DNA of 64,000 nucleotides from Patescibacteria group bacterium (GCA_030549845.1 JAUQQN010000002.1:53307-117306); one strand, 5' to 3'; counted from the stretch's first letter, positions 46,849 through 58,097 are shown. Made by a program: numbers and translations. The notes: generated by a model from the letters alone, not told the origin.

Positions 46849-47718
46849 ATGGAGCTTAAAAGATTTATATTAGAAAGTTTTTCCAATTATAAATTTAAAT
46901 TAGTCAAAATTAATGAACCGAGCAAAAATTTTTTAAATTTTGTAAAAAAACAAAAAATAAAAGAAAGTCTTTTTATTAATAGCTTAAAGGGAATAGATGC
47001 AAATGAATTAGGGAATTTTATTTTTTTATTAAGAGTTTTAGATTTTATGCTTTGGAAATATCCTGAAAACTGGGAATTTAAAAACAGAAAAGGCTTTTAT
47101 GGTTTATTAGAAAGAGTTAAGGTTTTATTTAAAAATGACTATAAAAATATTAAATTTAATGAGTTTAAAAAAATAATTTCTCCTAAAGAAGATTTAAATT
47201 TAGCAAAATTAAGATACAGACTTTTCAAAAAATCTATAAAGTGGTTAAAAGAAAATTTTGAGGGAGATTTTACTAATTATTTTGAAGAATATAACAGTCC
47301 GTATGATTTTTCATTAAAGATTATCACCCTAGAGAAATTTAGCGATTATAATAAAAATTTTTATTTCTTAAAACCCAACCAGCTTTTATATTATGAATTT
47401 ATTCTAGCAAAATTTAGTTCCAAAAATGAGAAATTGGAAGAGTTAACGGTTTTTGCAGATCATAAGTTGTCACAAATTTTTATAAATTTTAATATTTTAA
47501 AAATACCCCAAAATTATAATGATAGAATAAAAACTAGAAAGATTTTTAAAAACAAAAGTATATTTGAAAACGAAATACGAATTGCATCAATTATTATAGG
47601 TGAAATTTTGAGTGAGCGTCTAAAAATCCCTTCTTATATTGTTGATAATTTATTATGGCATATTCCAGAGAAATTTTTAAAATTGCCTCCAATTAGAGTT
47701 AAAACAATATTTTATTGA
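46849..47718 (+). CDS. DUF2419/Qng1-like putative queuosine-salvage protein
   Basis: About 290 aa. ATGA-coupled to the downstream tgt, the typical genomic context for Qng1/DUF2419. LTVFADHKLSQIF resembles the FADYRVPQ region. Start taken at the internal Met to avoid overlap with the M32 gene. Confidence 0.45.
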   Translation: MELKRFILESFSNYKFKLVKINEPSKNFLNFVKKQKIKESLFINSLKGIDANELGNFIFLLRVLDFMLWKYPENWEFKNRKGFYGLLERVKVLFKNDYKNIKFNEFKKIISPKEDLNLAKLRYRLFKKSIKWLKENFEGDFTNYFEEYNSPYDFSLKIITLEKFSDYNKNFYFLKPNQLLYYEFILAKFSSKNEKLEELTVFADHKLSQIFINFNILKIPQNYNDRIKTRKIFKNKSIFENEIRIASIIIGEILSERLKIPSYIVDNLLWHIPEKFLKLPPIRVKTIFY

Positions 47719-48905
47719 TGTTTAGTTTTAATATTCTTAAAAAAGATAAAGAAACAAAAGCAAGGATTGGAATTTTAAGGACTCCTCATGGAATTATTCA
47801 TACACCAAATATAGCAATTGTTGCAACAAAAGGAAGTATTAGGGGTTTAAGCTTTGATAAAGCAAATAGATTTGGAGCGGAAATTTTTATGATAAATACA
47901 TTCCACTTCTTTCATAATAATAGATATGAGATTGTAAAAAAATTTGGTGGATTACATAAATTTTTAAATATAAATTATCCTTTGATGACAGATAGTGGAG
48001 GATTTCAAATTTTTAGTTTGGGCTTTGGGATGGAACATGGAGTAGGTAAGGTAGCGGATATATTTCCAGAAGAGTCAAATATAAAAAATTTACCTATATC
48101 AAAGGGCAGGAATTTAGTAAAAGTTTATGAAGAAGGCGTAGAATTTATTTCACCATATAATGGAAGAAAAATTTTTTTGAGCCCTGAACTTTCTATAAAA
48201 ATTCAAAAGGCATTAAGAGCAGATATTATTTTTGCATTTGATGAATGTACTTCTCCGCTTTCTAGTTATGAGTACACAAAAGAAGCAATGCAAAGAACTC
48301 ATAGATGGGCAACAAGATGTTTAGATGAATTTGGCAAACCAGAAAATCAAGTTATGTTTGGGATTGTACAAGGCGGAGAATATGAAGATTTACGAAAGGA
48401 ATCCGCAAAATATATTAACTCTTTGAATTTTTTTGGTTATGGAATAGGTGGAAGTCTAGGAAAAAGTAAAAAAGATATAATAAAGGTCTTAAATTGGACT
48501 ATTCCTTTATTAGATGAAAACAAACCAAGGCATTTACTAGGAATTGGAGAGGTTGATGATATATTTAATTCAATTGAACAAGGAATAGATTTATTTGACT
48601 GCGTAATCCCTACACGTTGGGCAAGACATGGTGCTGCTTTTAGTTATAAGGGGAGACTTAATTTAAAATCTAGTAAATATTTAAATGATAAAAGACCGAT
48701 TGATCCTAAGTGTAAATGTAATATTTGCAAGAAATATTCTAAGGCTTACATTTCACATTTATTAAAAGAAAAAGAGATATTTGGAATAATTTTATTAACC
48801 GAGCATAATATATTCTGGATTTTAAACCTATTCAAAGAAATAAGACAGGCAATAAAAGAAAATAAGTTTTTAGACCTTAAAAAAAGAATATTAAAATACT
48901 GGTAA
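47715..48905 (+). CDS. tgt: Queuine tRNA-ribosyltransferase
   Basis: MTDSGGFQIFSLG catalytic motif. Zinc site CKCNICKKYSKAYISHL. LGIGEVDD. Confidence 0.9.
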   Translation: MMFSFNILKKDKETKARIGILRTPHGIIHTPNIAIVATKGSIRGLSFDKANRFGAEIFMINTFHFFHNNRYEIVKKFGGLHKFLNINYPLMTDSGGFQIFSLGFGMEHGVGKVADIFPEESNIKNLPISKGRNLVKVYEEGVEFISPYNGRKIFLSPELSIKIQKALRADIIFAFDECTSPLSSYEYTKEAMQRTHRWATRCLDEFGKPENQVMFGIVQGGEYEDLRKESAKYINSLNFFGYGIGGSLGKSKKDIIKVLNWTIPLLDENKPRHLLGIGEVDDIFNSIEQGIDLFDCVIPTRWARHGAAFSYKGRLNLKSSKYLNDKRPIDPKCKCNICKKYSKAYISHLLKEKEIFGIILLTEHNIFWILNLFKEIRQAIKENKFLDLKKRILKYW

Positions 48906-48910
48906 TTAGC

Positions 48911-50542
48911 CTATTTTACACTCATTTTAATAAATTCTACAAAAAGAGGATGGGGGTGCATAAATCTAGATTTAAATTCCGGATGAAATTGAGTTCCTAA
49001 AAAGAATGGGTGGATTTTTTGAGAAAGTTCTATTATTTCCACCAAAAGGCCATTTTTTGAAATTCCTGAGAAAATTATCCCATTTTTTTGCAAAATTTTA
49101 TAAAACGTTGGGTTCACCTCATAACGATGTCTGTGTCTTTCAAAAACTTTTTCTTTTTTATATGCTTTATAGGCAATTGTTCCTTTTTTAATTTGGCATT
49201 CCCAATTACCAAGCCTCATAGTTCCCCCATATAACTTCTCTTTTAATAATTTTTTCTGTTCTTCTAAAATATCAATTACAGGATATTTTGTTTTTGGGTT
49301 AACTTCTGTTGTATGAGCCCCTTTCAAGCCGCAAACATTTCTTGCAAATTCAACAATCATAAGTTGTAAACCATAGCATAATCCAAAAATTGGTATTTTA
49401 TTTTCCCTACAATATTCTATTGCTAAAATTTTTCCTTCTACTCCACGTGAACCAAAACCCCCTGGTATAATTACTCCATTAAAATTTTTTAATTCTTCTA
49501 ATTTATCTTTATTTTTTTCATATTCTTCTGAATTAATCCAATATATCAAAGGTTTAAAACCTAAGCTCCAGCTTGCATGTTTTACTGCTTCAATTACAGA
49601 AATATAAGCATCCGCTAAGACAAAGTTCCCACTTTTAAAATATTTCCCTACTATTCCAATTTTTACTTCTTTGTTTAGATTTTGTATTTTATTAATTTCT
49701 TTATTCCAGATTTTTTTCTCTAAATTGTTTTTCTTTTTAGGTTTTAAATTTAATTTTTTTAAAATTTTTAAACCAAGTTTTTCTTTTTCAAAGTTAAGAG
49801 GTATTTTATAAATTAACTTTTCATCAGGAGCAGAAATTATATCTTCTTTATTCATATTACAATTAAATGCTATCTTTTCTCTTCTTGGCTCATCTAAAGG
49901 TTTTATTGCCCTTGCTAAAACAAAATCTGGTTGAAGGCCCGCAGAGTTTAGAGTTCTTATAGCATATTGTGTTGGTTTTGTTTTTAGCTCCATATCTTCT
50001 CCTTGATAAGGTAAATAACTTACTAATATTAGGAGCACATCTTTTGGTTTTTGAAGCTTTAAAATTCTGACTGCTTCTAAAAATAAAAGGTTTTGATATT
50101 CTCCAACGGTGCCGCCTATTTCAGTAATTACAATATCAGATTTAGTTAATTTTTGTGCTTGGTTTATTTTTTCAATAACTTCTAATGGTACATGAGGCAC
50201 AACTTCTACACATTTACCGTCAAAATATAAACTTCTTTCTTTTTGAATTAGAGACAAATAAACACTTCCTGTAGTCATATAATTTGCTTTTGTAAGTTCT
50301 GTATTTAAAAATCTTTCATAATGACCCATATCTTGATCACACTCTGTTCCATCTTTTAAAACAAAAACTTCTCCATGTTCAATAGGGTTCATTGTTCCAG
50401 CATCCACATTAACATAAGGATCAATTTTTATACAGGTAGTTCGATAACCATACCAAGATAAAATTTTAGCAATTGAAGCAGCTGCTACACCTTTCCCTAC
50501 TCCTGACATTACTCCGCCGCAAACGAAAATATATTTTGCCAT
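48911..50542 (-). CDS. pyrG: CTP synthase
   Basis: MAKYIFVCGGVMSGVGKGVAAASIAKIL synthetase domain. C-terminal glutamine amidotransferase with GLCYGLQ and HPEF. Confidence 0.95.
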   Translation of the reverse strand: MAKYIFVCGGVMSGVGKGVAAASIAKILSWYGYRTTCIKIDPYVNVDAGTMNPIEHGEVFVLKDGTECDQDMGHYERFLNTELTKANYMTTGSVYLSLIQKERSLYFDGKCVEVVPHVPLEVIEKINQAQKLTKSDIVITEIGGTVGEYQNLLFLEAVRILKLQKPKDVLLILVSYLPYQGEDMELKTKPTQYAIRTLNSAGLQPDFVLARAIKPLDEPRREKIAFNCNMNKEDIISAPDEKLIYKIPLNFEKEKLGLKILKKLNLKPKKKNNLEKKIWNKEINKIQNLNKEVKIGIVGKYFKSGNFVLADAYISVIEAVKHASWSLGFKPLIYWINSEEYEKNKDKLEELKNFNGVIIPGGFGSRGVEGKILAIEYCRENKIPIFGLCYGLQLMIVEFARNVCGLKGAHTTEVNPKTKYPVIDILEEQKKLLKEKLYGGTMRLGNWECQIKKGTIAYKAYKKEKVFERHRHRYEVNPTFYKILQKNGIIFSGISKNGLLVEIIELSQKIHPFFLGTQFHPEFKSRFMHPHPLFVEFIKMSVK

Positions 50543-50660
50543 TTTACATAAAAATTTATTTTAATTATTTTAAAATTATTAACTTTAAAAATTAAACCTT
50601 TAAATTTTACTTTGTTTTACTTTAATTTTTTTTAATTTACTTTAAAAGATAACTTAAATT

Positions 50661-51581
50661 TTAATTGAAATAATAATCTAATAAATTTTTCCAATTTGAC
50701 CCTATAATTAATTCATAAAACCATCCCATTGGGATGAAACCAACAAGAAATTTAATAAAATGAGCTAAAGGTTCTGTATAAATATCAATTAATTTCTCGA
50801 AAAAGCTTTTAAAAAGATTATCTAATAAAGCAATAACATCTTGATTTGTTAAAATTAAAAACACTAAAATGACAACAAACGCACTATTAACTAAGAAGAG
50901 AATAATAATTTTAATTAAAATTCTAGAAACTGCTTGATTTTCTTTTTTATCTAAAGGTCCTATAAACAAATAAAATAACAGATTAAATAGGTAATAAAAA
51001 ATACCAGAAATTAAAAAAATTATAGGTATATAACTAAAGGTTATGATAGTTATAAATGCTGCAAATTTATAAAGTGGATCTAATATTAATAGAGACTTCT
51101 GCCAAAGTTTATTTATCTCATCACTAATATAAGTAAAAATATATATACTTAAGCTAATCGACATAACTAAGTATGCAGCGAGAAAAATAAAAGAAGCTAT
51201 AAAGCATTTTAATTTAAGCGTCCATTCAATTTTTTTATATTCACGTCTCAAAATTATTTTACAAGTTTGGTTGAAGTTCCATCCAAGAAATTTTTCAGGA
51301 AATAGTTGGGCCATCATGAAATTAAGGAAGAAAATAAATAAAGATAGAATTATAACTTTATATACTACTAAAAAAGGTAAATTATGTATGTGTAAAAGGA
51401 AAATTACAAAAACATAAAATGCAAATAAACTTAAAATACCCAAAATTATTGCATATCTCCAAAAAATTAAAAAACTTAAAATATATTTAAAAAAATTTTT
51501 AAACCCTATAAGTATTTCTAAATTTTTATTTTTCATCATTAAAATATACTCTTTTTTCAAATAGTATATATATTTTAACAA
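50661..51581 (-). CDS. Polytopic hypothetical membrane protein
   Basis: 306 aa, about 8 predicted TM helices, no motif recognised. Confidence 0.4.
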   Translation of the reverse strand: MLKYIYYLKKEYILMMKNKNLEILIGFKNFFKYILSFLIFWRYAIILGILSLFAFYVFVIFLLHIHNLPFLVVYKVIILSLFIFFLNFMMAQLFPEKFLGWNFNQTCKIILRREYKKIEWTLKLKCFIASFIFLAAYLVMSISLSIYIFTYISDEINKLWQKSLLILDPLYKFAAFITIITFSYIPIIFLISGIFYYLFNLLFYLFIGPLDKKENQAVSRILIKIIILFLVNSAFVVILVFLILTNQDVIALLDNLFKSFFEKLIDIYTEPLAHFIKFLVGFIPMGWFYELIIGSNWKNLLDYYFN

Positions 51582-51790
51582 ATGAATTAAAAATTGAAGG
51601 TTTTTATTATTATTATTATTTTAAATAGAAATTTGTAATTAATTGCCAATTAAGCAACCTGCAATTATGAAATTAATTTTTAAAATATATTAATAAAAAG
51701 TAGGGTTGCTAAATTATTAATTTTATTTTTAAAATATTTTGTATATTTTCTATAAAGTAAATTTATCAACAAAAGTTAAACCTTGAGATT

Positions 51791-54406
51791 TTACTTTATT
51801 TTTGTCTTTAAATATTTATAAATCTCACTAATTAAAATAACTATTGCGCTTAATAAAAAAAGGACAAGAAATTCAAAAAAGGTAATCTCTGCAAAACCAA
51901 AGATATTTCTCAAAAATTGGTTAAATATTGCTAAATACTGTAAAATCAAAGAAATTAAAATTCCTAATAATATGTAACGGTTTAATTTAAAACTTAATGT
52001 AAATATACTTCTATTTAAAGAACGGAGATTTAAAGCATTATAAATTTGAGTAAAACTCATAACTAAAAATGCGTAAGTTCGTGCTTTTTCTAAATTTATT
52101 AAATATTCATAACTAAATATTGAAACTGTTAAAATCATCATTACGCTTGCCATTATTATTAAAAAGGGAAGTACATCTAAATTAATTAAGGATTCCTTTG
52201 GATTTCTTGGCTTAGTTTTAAGCTCATAACCATGTTCTTTTTCAAAAACTAAAGAAGTGCCTACTAAAGTGTCTGTTACAAAATTCAAAAACAGAATGTG
52301 GGTCGGTTTTAAAATAAATGGATAGCCTAAAATCAAAGAACTTAAAATAGTTAAATCTTCAGCTACATTAGTTGTTATTAGGAAAAAAACTATTCTTTTG
52401 AGGTTATTAAATATTTTTCTTCCTTCAATAAATCCATAAAGCAAATTTTCAAGATTGTCATCTAATAAAATAATGTCACTTGCTGATTTTGCTATATCTG
52501 AACCACGCTTCCCCATGCAAATACCAACTTCTGCTTTTTTCAAACCTAAAACATCATTTACGCCATCTCCAATATAAGCAACTGAATATCCTAATTTTTG
52601 ATAAGCTTCTAAAATCTTTAATTTAGTTTCTGGAGTAACCCTGGCAAAAATATAAGTATTTTTTATTTTTTCAAGTAACTCTTTTTCTGTTAAATTTCCA
52701 ATTTCTTGCTGATCTAGTGTGCTTAAGTTTTCAAAACCAACTTCTTTAGCAATATAAATAGCAGTCGCTTTATGATCACCAGTTAAAATTCGTATATCAA
52801 CTCCTGCTTCTTTTAATTTTTTGATAGTTTCCTTAACCAATTTTTTAGGTGGATCGTAAAAAGCAATTAGTCCTACAAAAATTAAATTTTCTTCTTTTTC
52901 TCCTTCATTAAAGGCAACAGCTAGTACTGAAAATCCATTTTCTGCATATTTTAGAGCTTGATTAAAGATATCTTCTTTATTTTCAAATTCTATAACCCCA
53001 TCATGAGTCAAAATAAAATCACAATCTTTAATAATTTTTTCAAAGGCTCCTAGATAATAAGACTCAACTCTTTCATGCTCGACAATTGCTCTTTTATATT
53101 TTTTAACTCTTGAAAATGGTTCTCTTTTTTTAATTTTTTCAACGGCTAAAATATTTTCTCTTTTAATCTTTGCTTTTTCTAACAAAATAAGCAGAGCAAT
53201 ATCTCTTGGATTTCCTTTAAGCTTAATCTCTTCTCCTTTAATTATTTCACCCTCTATTAAAATTGCTGAAATATTTAAAAGTTTAATTAAAGGATAATTT
53301 TCTAAAATATTTATTTCTTTGCCATTCTTTAAAAATTTACCATCGAAACTCAAAGCTTCGCCAGTAACTTCAATCTCTTCATTATTAACAAAAATTTTCC
53401 TTACTGTCATTACACCCTCTGTTAAAGTACCAGTCTTATCAGAAAGTAAAAGATTAATAACCGATAGATTTTCTGTAGCTTTTAAATTTTTTACCAAAAC
53501 ATTTTTTTTATGTAAATCATATGCACTAATTACTAAAAGAATACTAATAATCACCGGTAAACCCTCAGGAATTGATGAGACAAAAGATGACAATACGAAA
53601 AGTAAAGATTCTGACCATAAATAATTTCTTCGGAAAGAGAAATAAAAAATAAATATTGAAGTCAAAAGAGCAATCAAAAGCATTCTTAAAATCAAGTCTT
53701 TAGAAAGTTTTTCGAAATGAGGGGTAAAGCTTTCAATCTCTTTAAATTTCTTGTAAATTTTTCCTAAATAAGTATTTAACGAAGTTGCTATTACAATTCC
53801 CCTGCCCTTCCCTTCAACAACATAGCTTCCCATAAAACCAATATTTTTCATTTCTGAAATTTGAACATTTTCTGGTAAAACTTTTGTATCTTTTTCAATT
53901 GGCAATGATTCGCCTGTTAAAATAGACTCATCAATCCTCAAATTTTCAACTTCAAAAAATCTCAAATCAGCAGGTAAAATATCTCCTTCTTCAACTAAAA
54001 TAATATCACCTGGGACAATATTTTCACTCTCAATTTCTTTAATTTCACCATCTCTTAAAACTTTTGCCCGTGGTTTAAATAGTTGTTTTAATTTTTCTAA
54101 GGTTTTTTCTGTTCTCAATTCAAAAACAAAACCAATAAAAGCATTAACTAAAATTATGAAAAGTATAACAGCTGAGTCATAATATTTTTGAAGAGATATT
54201 GTTAATAATAAAGCAAAAAATAATACTATATTAAAAATATTTTTAAATTGTTTCAAAAATAAAAACGTAATAGATTTTCTTTCTTCTGGTAATTTATTCT
54301 TTCCAAATTTTTTTAGTCTTTTATTTGCTTCTTCTTCGGAAAGGCCGTCTAATGAAGTGTTTAATTGTTCAATAACTTTTTCTATATTTAAAGTATGGGC
54401 ATTCAT
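51791..54406 (-). CDS. Cation-transporting P-type ATPase (Ca2+/Mg2+-type, P2-like)
   Basis: TGES (ILTGESLP), DKTGTLT phosphorylation site, TGDHKATA, GDGVNDVLGLKKAEVGICMG, ten TM helices. Confidence 0.9.
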   Translation of the reverse strand: MNAHTLNIEKVIEQLNTSLDGLSEEEANKRLKKFGKNKLPEERKSITFLFLKQFKNIFNIVLFFALLLTISLQKYYDSAVILFIILVNAFIGFVFELRTEKTLEKLKQLFKPRAKVLRDGEIKEIESENIVPGDIILVEEGDILPADLRFFEVENLRIDESILTGESLPIEKDTKVLPENVQISEMKNIGFMGSYVVEGKGRGIVIATSLNTYLGKIYKKFKEIESFTPHFEKLSKDLILRMLLIALLTSIFIFYFSFRRNYLWSESLLFVLSSFVSSIPEGLPVIISILLVISAYDLHKKNVLVKNLKATENLSVINLLLSDKTGTLTEGVMTVRKIFVNNEEIEVTGEALSFDGKFLKNGKEINILENYPLIKLLNISAILIEGEIIKGEEIKLKGNPRDIALLILLEKAKIKRENILAVEKIKKREPFSRVKKYKRAIVEHERVESYYLGAFEKIIKDCDFILTHDGVIEFENKEDIFNQALKYAENGFSVLAVAFNEGEKEENLIFVGLIAFYDPPKKLVKETIKKLKEAGVDIRILTGDHKATAIYIAKEVGFENLSTLDQQEIGNLTEKELLEKIKNTYIFARVTPETKLKILEAYQKLGYSVAYIGDGVNDVLGLKKAEVGICMGKRGSDIAKSASDIILLDDNLENLLYGFIEGRKIFNNLKRIVFFLITTNVAEDLTILSSLILGYPFILKPTHILFLNFVTDTLVGTSLVFEKEHGYELKTKPRNPKESLINLDVLPFLIIMASVMMILTVSIFSYEYLINLEKARTYAFLVMSFTQIYNALNLRSLNRSIFTLSFKLNRYILLGILISLILQYLAIFNQFLRNIFGFAEITFFEFLVLFLLSAIVILISEIYKYLKTKIK

Positions 54407-54431
54407 TTTTCAAATTATAATTTATATAAAA

Positions 54432-55028
54432 ATGAAAATCAATAGAAAAATTCTAAAAAAGATAAAAAAAGAAATAAGAAAATTCAAAAAATTAACAAAA
54501 AAAGAGAATCTATTTAAAGAAATGTCTTTTTGTATTTTAGTAGCAAATAATAACTTAGAAAAAACATATAAAATATGGAAAAGCATAAAAGACAATCTTA
54601 TTTCCTATAATTACAAATCCCTTTCAAGGATATTAAAAAAATCAGGTTATAGATTTTATAATACTAGAGCAAAATATATCATAGAAAATAAAAATAAAAT
54701 TAATGATGTTTTGAGGGTTTTAAATTCACAAAATGAAAATTACGTAAGAAACTGGTTGGTAAAGAACATCAAAGGGTTTGGATATAAAGAAGCTAGTCAT
54801 TTTTTAAGAAATATAGGCTATAGAAATTTTGCTATCTTGGATAGACATATTTTAAGGTTTTTATTTGATAAAAAAATAATTAAGGAAATTCCGAAAAATT
54901 TGACTAAAAAGAAATATGTAGAAATAGAAAATAAATTAAAACAAATAGCAAAAAAGAATAATTTAACCTTGGCTGAATTAGATATGTATATATTTTACTT
55001 ACAAACAAATAAAATCCCTATTAAATAA
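54432..55028 (+). CDS. N-glycosylase/DNA lyase (Ogg2/archaeal-type 8-oxoguanine glycosylase, HhH-GPD)
   Basis: EMSFCILVANNNLEKTYKIW...VKNIKGFGYKEASHFLRNIGYRNFAILDRHILRFL (HhH plus catalytic Lys/Asp region). About 199 aa from the internal Met. Confidence 0.65.
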   Translation: MKINRKILKKIKKEIRKFKKLTKKENLFKEMSFCILVANNNLEKTYKIWKSIKDNLISYNYKSLSRILKKSGYRFYNTRAKYIIENKNKINDVLRVLNSQNENYVRNWLVKNIKGFGYKEASHFLRNIGYRNFAILDRHILRFLFDKKIIKEIPKNLTKKKYVEIENKLKQIAKKNNLTLAELDMYIFYLQTNKIPIK

Positions 55029-55134
55029 AAAAAATTAGGTAACAGCTAAAAACTATCTTTTTAACACGTTTTTTGGGATTTTCTATGTATAAATTTTTAA
55101 AAATAAGGGGAATGATTAAAAAAATTTAAAATAT

Positions 55135-56085
55135 TCACTGTCCAAAGACCATAAAATTAATTCGAACATTTTTTAACTCAGATGAACATCTCCAAGAAAA
55201 GCTTACCTTAAAATGTGAAGGGTAATTATTTAACCTGCTTCCAAAAACCTCTATGTTATCACATGGATTTCTATCAACAAGACCATTCGTAGTAATACCT
55301 CCTAAAGCGGTGTATACTCCTTTTATTTTATTTATCACCTGATATTCAGAAGATAAATTATAACCTTCAACTAAATTTATTCCATCACTGCAACCTAACC
55401 GTCCACATATTTTAGCTTCAATAATATCAAATCTAGGTGCAGTTTGTATTTTTACGTCTAAAGCATAACCATAATCATAGTATCTGGGAGGTAAATTTTT
55501 TAGCAACAGATGCCCTGTTAGTATTTTTGGTATTTTTGATTCTGTATATTCATCTACATACTGTTTAGTATATTCATCTACATACTGTTTAGTAACTAAT
55601 TCGTTAGGCTCAGTAGGAGTTGCAGAAGGATTAATTAATACACGTATAGGAGCAATAGAATTCGATTGAGTTAATGCACCAAAGTAAATTATTCCATCAC
55701 AAAGCAGCGGATTTTGCCTACAAAGCGTTGGTGAAATTGTTGGCGATAATTCTTTGGGGGGAATTATTCCTATATATGAAAATTGATTATTTTGAAGTTT
55801 ACCAGAATAAATCCATGTACCACTTGTTGCGCTTCTTATAGCTGTTTCAACATAATCATTAATTCTACTTTTTAATACAAAAGCTGGACCGAAATCGTCA
55901 TAAGCAAGGTAACCACGTCCTAAATTAAAGAATAAAAATTTAAAACCAACATTTTCTGTTTTAAAGGTTGTATACTTTTGTTGGGTCTGGCTGCTTAATA
56001 TAGGGGCATTTAACATAAAAGCAAAAAATATAGATAAACAAATTCCCCAGGCTATTCCTTTGTAAAAGTATTTATTATTTTTCAT
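55135..56085 (-). CDS. Secreted Cys-rich hypothetical protein; paralog of 4624-6096, with an in-frame 24-bp tandem duplication
   Basis: Signal anchor then QTQQKYTTFKTENVGFKFL. VTKQYVDEYTKQYVDEYT is encoded by a perfect 2x24-bp tandem repeat at 55545-55592. Confidence 0.5.
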   Translation of the reverse strand: MKNNKYFYKGIAWGICLSIFFAFMLNAPILSSQTQQKYTTFKTENVGFKFLFFNLGRGYLAYDDFGPAFVLKSRINDYVETAIRSATSGTWIYSGKLQNNQFSYIGIIPPKELSPTISPTLCRQNPLLCDGIIYFGALTQSNSIAPIRVLINPSATPTEPNELVTKQYVDEYTKQYVDEYTESKIPKILTGHLLLKNLPPRYYDYGYALDVKIQTAPRFDIIEAKICGRLGCSDGINLVEGYNLSSEYQVINKIKGVYTALGGITTNGLVDRNPCDNIEVFGSRLNNYPSHFKVSFSWRCSSELKNVRINFMVFGQ

Positions 56086-56158
56086 TTGCTTTATTATTTT
56101 AATTTTAATTATACTATATTATATCTTATATCTAAGTCAAACAAATGCTTTGAATAAA

Positions 56159-57943
56159 TCATACCTTTATAACAACTGGAATGATGACAGGTCTTCTTCC
56201 TGTTTTTCTAAATAAGAATTCACTTAATTCTTCTTTTAATGAATATTTTATTTGTTCTTCTTGAATTATCGGCGCTTCATCTCCTAAGAATTGAGTATTT
56301 TTTGCAACTATGTTTTTTATAATACTTCTTGATTCATTAAGTAAATCTTTAGATTCTCTTAAGTAAACAAAACCTCTTGAAATTATATCTGGACTTGTTT
56401 TTATTTCTCCTGTTTTACTATCTATAGTAACAATAACAACAAAAATACCTTCTTCTGCTAAGGCTTTTCTATCTCTTAAAACAACATCTCCTACTGAACC
56501 TAATCCTAAGCCATCTACATAAACTAAATTGGAAGGTACCTTTTCATTTGTCAACTTTACAGAATTAGCTTCCATTTTAACTACATCTCCATTAGCTGCT
56601 ATAATTATTTTTTCTTTAGGGATTCCTAAATCTAAACCAATTTCTTCAACTGCTTTCATCATAAAATAATGACCATGCACTGGCATTAAATAATTTGGCT
56701 TTGCTAAGTTTATAAATAACCTTATATCATCAGCAAAAGCATGACCTGAAGCATGAATATCCATCATTTGATAATGATAAATTTTTGCTCCTTGCTTTGT
56801 AAGTGTATCTTTGAGGTTTTGTATTATTCTTTCATTCCCTGGGATTATAGATGAAGAAAAAATTACAGAATCTCCATTAACTATTCTAAAGTATTTATGC
56901 TCTCTATTTGCTATTCTCATAAGGGCAGAACCTTCTTCTGCTTGAGAGCCAGTGCATATTATTAAAACCTTATGAGGAGGCAATTTAAAGGAATCTTCTG
57001 GTCTTATAAATATTCCTTTTTCAAACTTAAGATATCCTAATCTTTTTGCTACTTCTACATTAACCCTCATCGTATGGCCATCAATTACTACTTTTCTTCC
57101 ATACAAACCTGCAAGGTATATTAATTGTTGGATTCTTTCAAGTAATGATGCAAAGGTTGAAGCTATTATTCTTCCTTTTGCTTTTTTAAATATTTCTTCT
57201 AAATTTTCCATTATTTTCCTTTCTGAAATTATATGCCCAGGTTCTGGTGCGTTTGTAGAATCAACCATCAAAAGGTCTACACCTTTATGAGCTAATTTAA
57301 CTACTCTTGAAAGATCAGCAGGTTTATCAAAAAATGGAGTGAAGTCTATTTTAAAGTCACCTGTATGCATAATATTGCCTACTGGAGTTTGTATAAAGTA
57401 TCCTATAGAATCTGGAATATTATGATTGACATGGAAATAATCAATAATAAAACTTCCTATTTTGAATGTTTTATAAGTATCCTTTTTAATTTCATGAATT
57501 TCGAGTTTTCCTTGATGAGGAAAATCTTGCTGTCTTTTTATTATTATTCCTTTTGTAAGTGGTGTAGCATATATAGGAGGATTTCCTATTTTGTCTATGA
57601 TGTAGGGGATAGCACCAATATGATCATAATGTCCATGAGTTATTAATATTCCTAAAATTTTATCCTTATTTTCAATTAAATATTCTAGATTGGGAATAGT
57701 ATAATCAATACCTAAAGTGTTTTCTATATCGGGATAACCTAAGCCCATATCTAAAATTAAAATTTCTTCTTTACCCTTGATTGGGAACCAATGAAATATT
57801 GTCAAATTTCTTCCGACTTCTTCTAGCCCACTAATAGGTATAATCTTCAATACACCTTCTTTTAAAGTTTTTTGTTTGTTGAATTTTCTTTGTGGCAATT
57901 TAGAAAGATCCTCTAATGTTTCTTGAGTTTTTAACGCATCCAT
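56159..57943 (-). CDS. rnj: Ribonuclease J (beta-CASP metallo-beta-lactamase RNase)
   Basis: ILITHGHYDHIGAIPY (HxHxDH), beta-CASP region, C-terminal domain; 594 aa. Confidence 0.85.
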   Translation of the reverse strand: MDALKTQETLEDLSKLPQRKFNKQKTLKEGVLKIIPISGLEEVGRNLTIFHWFPIKGKEEILILDMGLGYPDIENTLGIDYTIPNLEYLIENKDKILGILITHGHYDHIGAIPYIIDKIGNPPIYATPLTKGIIIKRQQDFPHQGKLEIHEIKKDTYKTFKIGSFIIDYFHVNHNIPDSIGYFIQTPVGNIMHTGDFKIDFTPFFDKPADLSRVVKLAHKGVDLLMVDSTNAPEPGHIISERKIMENLEEIFKKAKGRIIASTFASLLERIQQLIYLAGLYGRKVVIDGHTMRVNVEVAKRLGYLKFEKGIFIRPEDSFKLPPHKVLIICTGSQAEEGSALMRIANREHKYFRIVNGDSVIFSSSIIPGNERIIQNLKDTLTKQGAKIYHYQMMDIHASGHAFADDIRLFINLAKPNYLMPVHGHYFMMKAVEEIGLDLGIPKEKIIIAANGDVVKMEANSVKLTNEKVPSNLVYVDGLGLGSVGDVVLRDRKALAEEGIFVVIVTIDSKTGEIKTSPDIISRGFVYLRESKDLLNESRSIIKNIVAKNTQFLGDEAPIIQEEQIKYSLKEELSEFLFRKTGRRPVIIPVVIKV

Positions 57944-58006
57944 TTCTCTAAAAGAAAAAATTTAATTTAAACGACCAGGAAATTTAAAAATTAGAGAATA
58001 AATATT

Positions 58007-58090
58007 TGCCGAGGGTGGGATTCGAACCCACACGGCCTAACAGCCACAAGGCTCTGAACCTTGCGCGTCTTCCAATTCCGCCACCTCGGC
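58007..58090 (-). tRNA. tRNA-Leu (anticodon CAG), type II
   Basis: 84 nt. Acceptor GCCGAGG/CCTCGGC with A73. Anticodon loop TTCAGAG. Long variable arm. T-loop TTCGAAT. Confidence 0.8.
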
Positions 58091-58097
58091 AATTAAA

